This document shows positions 1 through 7,839 of a stretch of 61,334 nt of DNA, one piece after another. The DNA comes from Promethearchaeota archaeon (GTDB lineage: Archaea > Asgardarchaeota > Thorarchaeia > Thorarchaeales > Thorarchaeaceae). Below the pieces are notes generated by a model, which worked only from the letters and a program-made list of their open reading frames with translations, searched no databases and had not been told where the DNA came from. Numbering within the stretch: position 1 is the first letter of the stretch; the number at the start of each line of letters is the position of its first letter. The stretch lies in contig WJMJ01000045.1 in NCBI GenBank assembly GCA_014728035.1, forward strand, positions 1 through 61,334, read 5' to 3'. The position numbers and the translations under genes were made by a program.

Positions 1-122
1 AGTTTATATGGAGTGATCTGGAATAGAGATTTGGTCTACAGACACAGGATCCCTGACCAGGACCGAGCCAGTTCCAGTACCGTTTCTGGACGGACAAAGC
101 TCGGGTGTCTAAGTTTGTCCAA

Positions 123-347
123 CTAAAAATGAACGGTACCACTTCCTGTTGTAGTTGATGGAATATCTGAGATTATAGAGTAATCATCATAGAATGTATC
201 AGTATTTGTTATATCTTGTTGCTCCTTATCAGTTTCATTAGGCACAACAGAAACAAATGGATTTGCTACTAATGAAGTAGCAAATGTAGAAGCAGCAAGT
301 ATCGCAATTATTGAAATAACTAATAGAGTTTCGCTCTTTGCACGCAT
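123..347 (-). CDS. Short signal-peptide-bearing ORF, possibly a truncated surface-protein N-terminus
   Basis: 74 aa with a basic N-terminus and hydrophobic stretch (LLVISIIAILAASTFA), then a Thr/Asp-rich segment. GAGGT RBS-like sequence upstream. Ends abruptly at TAG inside an imperfect inverted repeat. Confidence 0.5.
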   Translation of the reverse strand: MRAKSETLLVISIIAILAASTFATSLVANPFVSVVPNETDKEQQDITNTDTFYDDYSIISDIPSTTTGSGTVHF

Positions 348-538
348 ATCAGATAACCTCTGGAAACGGTGTATCCACTAAACGATTATTATTTATGTGG
401 TCCCGTTTAATAAAGACTGATTAGTCTCAGGAGTTCCCAAATCAGTTTTCAAAAGATAAATATTGTAAGTTTGATATAAAAGAATCTTGGATTAATTTTT
501 AGGAAAAAAAGAACAAAATAATTATTTTTTGGAGTCCG

Positions 539-2005
539 CTACGTTATTCCGTGTTGGTCGCCTCGTATTTTCCTTCTCAATCGGAGCCTCAAGTCATCCA
601 GTTTTCCAGAAATTTTTCCTTTTTCTTTCCAATAGGGTTGTATCTCATCAAAAGACATGACATCAAAATAGAGTGGACAAGCCCCTGTACAATATTCGAA
701 ATGTTCGCAATTCTTACATCCTTCCGGAGCGAAATCTTTCTCTCTCCAGAATTTTGCTGCTCTTCCATTCCAGACCTTATCGAATCCATCCTTAAGCAAA
801 TTACCAACAGGTTCACTGAAACTTGAACATGGAAGTAGATTGCCTTCTGCATCAACCGATAACAAACCATCACAACACGCACATGCTTTTGCTCCTAATC
901 CATTAGCAATTGGATTGAAGATACAGACCGGGGTTGGAGCATACCATACAAAACTGATTTGGCGTTTGTTAGCTTTTCGTTTCACACGTCTTACAATATC
1001 TCCAATTTCCGAGTATGTTATCATCAACTCATCCCGGAGTTTAGCAGCAGTACCAGTATAGATCACCATGTTCATACTGAAATAACTAAGATCTAGCTCA
1101 TCAACATGAAAATCTACTAATTCCTCCAATTTTTCTGCATTAGGTCTACATATGGTAGTATTACAATGAGTATAGATTTCTGTAGAATGAAGATTCTTGA
1201 TTCCTTGTACTGTTTGAATAAATGCTCCGGATACTCCAACGATGTAATCATGTGTTTCTGCATCAGGCCCCTCTATTGAGACCTGTGCACTATGCAGCCC
1301 AGCATCTACCAACTTCCTTACATAATCTTCATCTGCACATTTTCTTCCATTGGTTATCAGATTAACACGAAGATTTTTCGATTTTGCATAAGCTATTAGC
1401 TCGAAGATGTCTTCTCGTAGAGTTGGTTCACCACCAGTAAAAGATAGACTTGGAACATGAGCATCATCGACGATTATGTCAATGACTCGCTTCACCTCTT
1501 CAGTTGACATCTCTCCAGATTCTCTATAGGGTGAGTAGGCATAACAAAATCTACACTTGTTATTGCATCGGTACGTGACAGCTATCTCACTAAGAACAGG
1601 GTATCGTATCTCTCCAGTTCCATAAGGGATAATCTCTGCTGTTTTGTATGAGTAGATATTATAATTCCCTGCTGTCATACTACTCAGGTCTCCAACAAAG
1701 GCAGCAAGGTCATTTAGAATCGTTTGGCGATTAGCTCCCTTTTGCTTCTCGAATTTCTCCACTACTTCTTCTATTGACTGATTTTCCATCAACATCTTCA
1801 GCATAGTAAGTGCGGTACTATTCAGGTGCATGACCCTATTGGGTCTAAGAATCAGTAAATTGTCCTCTGGTCGCACATGAAAATAATCCCTGATATCATC
1901 AATGAATCCAGGTACCCATGCAAGTTCTTCCATTGTGAAATCATAATTTGGCGGATATTGGTGGGACATATTGATTAGTAAGGTTTCTTTGTCTCTATTA
2001 ATCAT
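539..2005 (-). CDS. Radical SAM/SPASM peptide maturase with N-terminal PqqD-like (RRE) domain
   Basis: CxxxCxxC (CNNKCRFC), FTGGEP, ITNG, SIEG and HDYIVG core. SPASM cysteines in CACCDG..GNLLPC..CKNCEHFEYCTGACP. N-terminal 'HLNSTALTMLKML..SIEEVVEKF..ILNDLAAFVGDL' has the PqqD pattern. The true start may be 1969. Confidence 0.92.
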   Translation of the reverse strand: MINRDKETLLINMSHQYPPNYDFTMEELAWVPGFIDDIRDYFHVRPEDNLLILRPNRVMHLNSTALTMLKMLMENQSIEEVVEKFEKQKGANRQTILNDLAAFVGDLSSMTAGNYNIYSYKTAEIIPYGTGEIRYPVLSEIAVTYRCNNKCRFCYAYSPYRESGEMSTEEVKRVIDIIVDDAHVPSLSFTGGEPTLREDIFELIAYAKSKNLRVNLITNGRKCADEDYVRKLVDAGLHSAQVSIEGPDAETHDYIVGVSGAFIQTVQGIKNLHSTEIYTHCNTTICRPNAEKLEELVDFHVDELDLSYFSMNMVIYTGTAAKLRDELMITYSEIGDIVRRVKRKANKRQISFVWYAPTPVCIFNPIANGLGAKACACCDGLLSVDAEGNLLPCSSFSEPVGNLLKDGFDKVWNGRAAKFWREKDFAPEGCKNCEHFEYCTGACPLYFDVMSFDEIQPYWKEKGKISGKLDDLRLRLRRKIRGDQHGIT

Positions 2006-2087
2006 TAGGTAGTGAAGTACTAAAATAATCGAAAAGCTGAAATCCTTATCAGATATTGTTCATTATGAATCTTCAGGAGATTATACA

Positions 2088-2483
2088 ATGAGTAACGGAG
2101 AGATAAAATTACCCTATGGTACAATCAAATCTAAGAAATTGGTCATGCACTTTAGTGCTTATGATATCGATTTACCTGTCATTGCAGCTGGTATTCGTGA
2201 GAGAATGGACGTTCTCAGGGAGCTAGGTGTATCCTTTGCAGGATTCGGTACAGAAGTTCCAGAAGAGATGACTGAGCAAAGTCCTGCGCTTGTAAAAGCC
2301 TTCTTCGAGTTTGTAGGGACAAGTTCAGATGCAGATGTGATTCTGAAAAGAGCATATCATCTGATTTGGGGTGGTATGATTGAAGAGTTCCCTGATCTCC
2401 TTGAATGGGCAGCTGCTAAATCCGATTTGTCCAATCTAACCTTTGCACAGGCAGATGTTATGCGAGCTCGTAAAGGTGACTAA
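2088..2483 (+). CDS. Hypothetical protein, first gene of the operon divergent from the rSAM gene
   Basis: 131-aa ORF with AGGAG RBS. No recognisable motif. Confidence 0.75.
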   Translation: MSNGEIKLPYGTIKSKKLVMHFSAYDIDLPVIAAGIRERMDVLRELGVSFAGFGTEVPEEMTEQSPALVKAFFEFVGTSSDADVILKRAYHLIWGGMIEEFPDLLEWAAAKSDLSNLTFAQADVMRARKGD

Positions 2484-2498
2484 TGGAAGTAACTGGTT

Positions 2499-2813
2499 AT
2501 GCCTAAAATAGAGGTTTCAGATGTGCTATACGAATTGCTCGAACGACAGGCAAACAGAAGAGAAGCAGAATCAGTTTCTGACCTCGTAAACTCAGTTCTT
2601 ATGAACTATTTACTCAAGCATGATAGAATGGGACAGCTTCATGTTCCTCTACCTACGTTCTTAATGTCAAGTGCAGACACTATTGCTTCAGTCCTAGCCA
2701 CAATGAATACAATAGATTGGTACAACAGTCAAGAGGCAATCGATATCATTTCAGACAATTTAGAAACAGCAGAAAAACTTCTTCGAATAACAGCACAGAA
2801 TCTAACCAAATAA
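2499..2813 (+). CDS. Ribbon-helix-helix (CopG/MetJ-like) domain protein
   Basis: N-terminus MPKIEVSDVLYELLERQA..ESVSDLVNSVLMNYL fits the RHH strand-helix-helix pattern. Confidence 0.65.
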   Translation: MPKIEVSDVLYELLERQANRREAESVSDLVNSVLMNYLLKHDRMGQLHVPLPTFLMSSADTIASVLATMNTIDWYNSQEAIDIISDNLETAEKLLRITAQNLTK

Positions 2814-2836
2814 TAACTACAAAGGAGAAATAAGAA

Positions 2837-5008
2837 ATGAAACGTCATGTTGTTTATTTAATTGTCCTTTCTCTATTCATATCTGGGATATTTCCTGTTT
2901 TATTTGCTAATCCAGTAGCTTCTCAAGATACAGTTGCAGTGAATGAGAGTATCTATGTAGATGTCTTTGTCTTACCTAATGGACGAATAAACGTCACCTA
3001 TTATATGACCCATCGTGTTGATAGTGGGTCAATCGGTGGTTATGATTTGGTTGGTATCCAAGAGAACGTAATTCACGATCCCAGTCGCTGTTATGTGGAG
3101 ATGGATGGTGATAGACATAATTTGCAGGTCACACCCATCACAGGAGGATTTGGACTTGACTGGACTCCTCGTACTCAAGCGGGAGAAACTGTTCTTGTTG
3201 TTTTCAGTTATTATAGCTTAAATCGAATTGTGGAACGAACAACTGGTACTTTCACATTGGAAGGATCTGGTGAATCTGTCACTGGAGATATGGGCGTCTT
3301 TAATTGGGCACCAGTTCAATGGGAGTGGGATGTGAATTTGTATAATGTTCGCGTGGTCTATCCGATAGAGATGAATTCTGCTTGGATTGATGGTGGAGGT
3401 GGCATTTCTTCAGATGGCGCAGATCATGCTGGATATGTTGTCGATTACCGACAAGGCGTGTGGGATGAGTCTAATAACCAATTTGAGTATGATGAAGACA
3501 ATCTCCTTGCTTATCCGTCGAATCCGTCTGCAAGTCCTCGAAATTTCAGTGTGAGTCTCACAGCTGAGCCAGCTATTGCTTATGATCATCTTCGAATATT
3601 TCATTACACTAACTGGAGCTTCTATGCTGACCATCTTCTTCCAGGCTCCATTGGATATGCTATTGAAGAAAATCTGAATGTATATGCAGAAACGGAATTT
3701 GAACTTGAATTAGACGTATACAACTATGGTGATTTTGAGTTGACTGGAGTTACAGTTGATTATACGATTCCTGAAAATCTAACATTAATCTCTAGTACAA
3801 CTTTGGGGTACCAAGCAACACTTGAAGGAGGAGAGAGCTTTCATATCTCTTATACCATGATTGCTGATAATTTACCCGCGATTCTAAAGGTTACTTTCAC
3901 TATAGCTGCAACAAACCTGAATCAATCAGATTGGGAAACATTCACTGTAAATGTATATGTACAAGAATATATTCCTCCACTGGTTGACGCTGGACTTCTT
4001 ATTCAAATCATCCTATTTGGGCTAGGCGGAATTGCAGTTCTAGGTATTACAGTTTATGGATATCGTCATATCACAAGTGGATATGGTGCTAAATGGGAGG
4101 TTGATGAAACCACTTCTTATGAGAGCCCAACTATCTCCATACAGACTTTTGGCACTCCTGGAGAAGTTGCTGACCTCGATCCAGTTGAATCCGCATTCTT
4201 TGTAAATACTCCTCGTCAGAAACTTGTTGGAATGATTCTGATGTCATGTGTGCGTAAAGGTGCGATTCGAGTTATATCCACAGACCCTCTCAAAGTATCA
4301 GATACAGGAATACGATTCGAAGACCTTACTTACTATGAAGCAGCATTAACTGATTGTATAACAAATAGCGAATTCCAATCTGATTGTCTTGACAATATAC
4401 TGGAGGATTTAGCTGAAAAAGTACAAGAGAAGTCTTGGGATGCTGATTTCGAAGCTACTAAAGAAGCTCACGATGAACGAGTTGAAGGAGCTTGGGAAGA
4501 GTTGGAATCCGAAACAACTGCTGATGGAAGAACAGACTATTACTTCAATAGGACATATCGAAACCGTGGTTGGGCTTGGTATTGGCTATACCAACATCCG
4601 CGACATGATAGCAGGATTGGTGATAGTTTAACTCCATCAGGTGGTACAATTAGCCCACCTGAGATTCCTACGTGGTTTGCTGATATGGCGGATGCTGCTG
4701 GTCATTCTATTACTACTGCTGGTAGAGTGGTCGGCGATGTGGCAGAAACCACTGGAAAAATCATTGGGAATGTAACTAGTACAATAGGTGAAATTATTGG
4801 TGGTGTTGGCAAGATTATTACCGAACCATTGAAACCTATCATTGAAGGCACCAGCCGATGTGTTTCTCATGATGCCTGTCATAGTGCCTGTGTCAGTCAC
4901 GATGCTTGTCATTCAGCATGTCATAGTGCCTGTCATAGTGCCTGTGTCTGCCATTCAGCATGTCATAGTGCCTGTCATAGCGCATGTGTATCTGGTGGAT
5001 ATCGATAA
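2837..5008 (+). CDS. Single-pass membrane protein (DUF2207-like architecture) with C-terminal Cys/His (CHSA)n repeat tail
   Basis: Signal peptide, beta-rich ectodomain, Ig-like segment, one TM (LLIQIILFGLGGIAVLGITVYGY), cytoplasmic 'DLDPVESAFF..LMSCVRKGAI..LTYYEAAL' segment, and tail CVSHDACHSA...CVSGGYR. AAGGAG RBS. Confidence 0.85.
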   Translation: MKRHVVYLIVLSLFISGIFPVLFANPVASQDTVAVNESIYVDVFVLPNGRINVTYYMTHRVDSGSIGGYDLVGIQENVIHDPSRCYVEMDGDRHNLQVTPITGGFGLDWTPRTQAGETVLVVFSYYSLNRIVERTTGTFTLEGSGESVTGDMGVFNWAPVQWEWDVNLYNVRVVYPIEMNSAWIDGGGGISSDGADHAGYVVDYRQGVWDESNNQFEYDEDNLLAYPSNPSASPRNFSVSLTAEPAIAYDHLRIFHYTNWSFYADHLLPGSIGYAIEENLNVYAETEFELELDVYNYGDFELTGVTVDYTIPENLTLISSTTLGYQATLEGGESFHISYTMIADNLPAILKVTFTIAATNLNQSDWETFTVNVYVQEYIPPLVDAGLLIQIILFGLGGIAVLGITVYGYRHITSGYGAKWEVDETTSYESPTISIQTFGTPGEVADLDPVESAFFVNTPRQKLVGMILMSCVRKGAIRVISTDPLKVSDTGIRFEDLTYYEAALTDCITNSEFQSDCLDNILEDLAEKVQEKSWDADFEATKEAHDERVEGAWEELESETTADGRTDYYFNRTYRNRGWAWYWLYQHPRHDSRIGDSLTPSGGTISPPEIPTWFADMADAAGHSITTAGRVVGDVAETTGKIIGNVTSTIGEIIGGVGKIITEPLKPIIEGTSRCVSHDACHSACVSHDACHSACHSACHSACVCHSACHSACHSACVSGGYR
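4859..5008 (+). repeat. Coding tandem repeat, 12-bp unit (tgtcatagtgcc / tgtcattcagca) encoding CHSA
   Basis: Seven CHSA units and two CVSHDA units read directly. Synonymous variation between units indicates protein-level selection. Confidence 0.95.
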
Positions 5009-5017
5009 AATCGAATA

Positions 5018-5046
5018 ATGCTGCCAGCTAGATGCTGAGCAGCATA
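5018..5046 (+). terminator. Hairpin after the CHSA-protein operon
   Basis: atgctgc-cagc...gctg-a-gcagcat imperfect stem immediately after the stop codon. Confidence 0.45.
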
Positions 5047-5330
5047 CTAAATTTTGTACTAGTACAATTATGCGTTGTTGATAGCTGTTATATGGTTTTA
5101 ATCCAAGAGTCAGTTACTTCACCAAAGAGTCTTAACCGTTCTCCGAAGGATATGATTTGCATAAGGATAATTCTCTCTTTTTGCAGTCATTAATTCAAGA
5201 TGACTCTACTCCTCGTGTGATTACGATTTCCTAATTGCATACTTTTCTTCGGAACGGTTATCTCTCAATATGATTCAAATGCGATAAGTAAACATGTACA
5301 CTGGAATATACTGTGTGGTGGTAATGAATC

Positions 5331-6086
5331 GTGACAGAATCAAGAAAGACAATTTTCCATATGAGCGATATCCACATTGGTGAAGCTGGAGTACGAATAG
5401 AGGATTTCCGTCATATTATTGACTATATTGAGAAAAAGGAAAATGAAGTTACGAATCCTCTATTATTGATTACCGGAGATTTAACTTCCGATGGCCTACC
5501 TGAAGAATTCGAAGCATTTCATGATGTTGTTGATGGAATTGACATTCCCACAATAATTGTCCCGGGAAATCATGATGAACGAAATTATGGGGCAGCACGC
5601 TTTGAAGAATTCTTTGGTTCTCGTTTCAAACGGTTTGAAGACGAGGTTGTTGCCATATATGCAGCAGATAGTGCGGAACCAGATAATGATGCAGGTCACG
5701 TTGGGCGAGCTATGTATAGTGAAATAGAGGATTTCTTCTCTGAAGCACAGGATAAGGTACGGATTTTTGCATTGCATCATCACTTAGTACCTGTTCCTCA
5801 TACCGGCCGAGAATTCAATGTTGTTGAGGATTCAGGTGATGTATTGGGATTACTAACTGAATGCAATTGTCACATGGTCTTGAATGGACATCGTCATGTT
5901 CCATGGATGTGGCATCTGAATGATATGCTTCTATATAATACAGGTACACTTCTTTCAAGACGTATTCGTGGGGCTATTACGCAGGTTCATACACATATCA
6001 ATATCTATCCTGACAGTGTTGAGTTCATAATTCGCGATAAACTTGGTAATGAGAAAAAATTTGCAGAGTCTGACTTGACTTTCTAA
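5331..6086 (+). CDS. Calcineurin-like metallophosphoesterase (CpdA/Icc-like)
   Basis: SDIH, TGDLT, PGNHD, HHH and GHRH motifs. Confidence 0.9.
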   Translation: MTESRKTIFHMSDIHIGEAGVRIEDFRHIIDYIEKKENEVTNPLLLITGDLTSDGLPEEFEAFHDVVDGIDIPTIIVPGNHDERNYGAARFEEFFGSRFKRFEDEVVAIYAADSAEPDNDAGHVGRAMYSEIEDFFSEAQDKVRIFALHHHLVPVPHTGREFNVVEDSGDVLGLLTECNCHMVLNGHRHVPWMWHLNDMLLYNTGTLLSRRIRGAITQVHTHINIYPDSVEFIIRDKLGNEKKFAESDLTF

Positions 6087-6104
6087 CCAAGGAGAAAAAT
6101 GGAA

Positions 6105-6123
6105 GCTGAACCTGTGGTTCAGC
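6105..6123. terminator. Perfect hairpin between convergent genes
   Basis: gctgaacc-tgt-ggttcagc. Confidence 0.5.
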
Positions 6124-6131
6124 ATTCAATT

Positions 6132-6485
6132 CTATGAGAAAATGAAAACGGCATCTATTGATGAAACATCTCGTAATGAAAAAGGTGAATCTACAATTCC
6201 CCTTGCCACTACTATTGAATTCTTTGCAGGAAGAGCTCCATCATAGTTGAACACTACAAAATGTCCATCACCATCATATACAGTCACGACAGTAACACCT
6301 AAACCTGATACGTAGTCGATCTCACCTTTTACACTGACTGCAGTTCCCTCACTTATATCGCCCTGATTGATATCGCGCAGAGCTGTTGTACCAATCAATC
6401 CGTCATGATACGCGATAAATCCAGCAGCACCGATAATTATCAGAACAAGAATAAGTGGTAATTTGCTTGATTTCTTTCGTGGCAT
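6132..6485 (-). CDS. Membrane-anchored OB-fold-like protein
   Basis: N-terminal TM, then 'GTAVSVKGEI..VYDGDG..SIVVARGIV' OB-fold pattern. Confidence 0.6.
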   Translation of the reverse strand: MPRKKSSKLPLILVLIIIGAAGFIAYHDGLIGTTALRDINQGDISEGTAVSVKGEIDYVSGLGVTVVTVYDGDGHFVVFNYDGALPAKNSIVVARGIVDSPFSLRDVSSIDAVFIFS

Positions 6486-6587
6486 GCGATTACCTCGATT
6501 GTATTACTTACAAATGACAATATAAGCTAGACCATAGAAATTGAGTAAATGATTAGGTTCTTAATGAAGGTGTGAATTTCTTGAATT

Positions 6588-7808
6588 GTGAATGAAATGG
6601 CAAAAGAATTTGTCAGACTTTGTGGTGAGGTTGGAAACTTTTCTGAGCGAATTACAGGTGTAAGCATTGTTGATGCATATTTCGGACCAGAAGATTTAGA
6701 CCCAAAAAGGCAGAATGAAAATAAAGATGCGGAGGTATTAATTCACGATTTGGATGAGTTCATAGACACTCTGGGTGAGATTGATGAACCCATCCGTAGA
6801 AAGTATTTGCAAGCTGAAGCTGAATCGATGAAGATGACCGTTAAGTGGTTAGCTGGATTAGAAACCAATTACTCAAATATTGTTCGAACAATGTTTAACA
6901 TCGAACCCAAAAAGTTCTCTAAAGGTATTATTGATGCCCAACTTTCTGAAGTAGAAGCTGCACTAGAACCTTTTCCAGGTGTTGATTTAGCTGAGAAAGC
7001 AAGTCTGTTCACTAAAGAAGGAGAAGTACGTGGTAAAGCATTGCGTGATTTCATAGATAACGAATTGCAATCAAAATCTTCCGATGTCGGTCAACTCTTT
7101 AAAGAACGAATCTACTCGCTGATCGGTCGTGATGTGACTGACAATGGCGTGAAATATAATTGTGTGACAGATAAACCTTGGAGTGGATACAACTATTTTC
7201 AGGGCAATTACACATCTGTTAATGAGTTCAATGTTGATAGGCCTATGAATACCGATTCTGCACTTGCAGTGGTATACCATGAATATGAGCATCACGTTTC
7301 CAATCTTTGGCGAGAACGTGCTTATCATGAGGAGGGATTTGTTGAGCTTTCAATAGTTCCCCTTCACACAGGACGATGTGTAATCTCTGAAGGTACTGCA
7401 GATACTGCACGTGACTTTTTGGGAGTTAAGGATAGTAGTGACAAAGTCAAAGCATATGATGCTCTTTACAAACTTCGAAGGATGATTTCAATCAATAGTG
7501 CTATCATGCTAAATCTTGAGAAAAAATCAATTGATGAGACCGTTCAGTATAATGTAGAGAGAGGACTTAGAAGTGAAGGTGCTGCTAGGTCTGGACTTGC
7601 TTTTATTTCTCCTGAAACACGAGATGGCAAGGTGAATATCTGGAGTCCTTATGTATTTACTTACTATATTGGAAGAACCGATTTTGTTTATCCTATTTTT
7701 TCAAAAGCTAAAGAACAAGGCGAGTTAGATAAGTTCTATCAGACCCTTTATCTAAATCCATTTAGTGGATCAAGTGCTACTTGGAAAGAATCGTTTTCTT
7801 GGCTATAG
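6588..7808 (+). CDS. Zincin-type metallopeptidase, DUF885-like
   Basis: HEYEHH (HExxH), downstream ISEGTA glutamate ligand and YVFTYYIG motif. Confidence 0.65.
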   Translation: MNEMAKEFVRLCGEVGNFSERITGVSIVDAYFGPEDLDPKRQNENKDAEVLIHDLDEFIDTLGEIDEPIRRKYLQAEAESMKMTVKWLAGLETNYSNIVRTMFNIEPKKFSKGIIDAQLSEVEAALEPFPGVDLAEKASLFTKEGEVRGKALRDFIDNELQSKSSDVGQLFKERIYSLIGRDVTDNGVKYNCVTDKPWSGYNYFQGNYTSVNEFNVDRPMNTDSALAVVYHEYEHHVSNLWRERAYHEEGFVELSIVPLHTGRCVISEGTADTARDFLGVKDSSDKVKAYDALYKLRRMISINSAIMLNLEKKSIDETVQYNVERGLRSEGAARSGLAFISPETRDGKVNIWSPYVFTYYIGRTDFVYPIFSKAKEQGELDKFYQTLYLNPFSGSSATWKESFSWL

Positions 7809-7812
7809 ACAC

Positions 7813-7833
7813 AGAGGTCCACTAGGGACCTCT
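7813..7833. terminator. Hairpin between convergent genes
   Basis: agaggtcc-actag-ggacctct. Confidence 0.55.
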
Positions 7834-7839
7834 ATTTCT

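Noticed and set aside
36-125. Pyrrolysine read-through of the TAG ending ORF 123-347
   Set aside because: In-frame read-through hits another TAG after 28 codons, and there are no pyl genes in the window.
4859-5008. Short DNA repeats as a CRISPR array
   Set aside because: 12-bp in-frame units without unique spacers, synonymous variation, and no cas genes.
4859-5008. His-Xaa-Ser (HxsA-type) precursor or CxxCH heme-binding motifs
   Set aside because: The pattern is C-H-S-A (Cys spacing of 4, or CxCH once), not H-x-S and not CxxCH. The tail is also predicted to be cytoplasmic.
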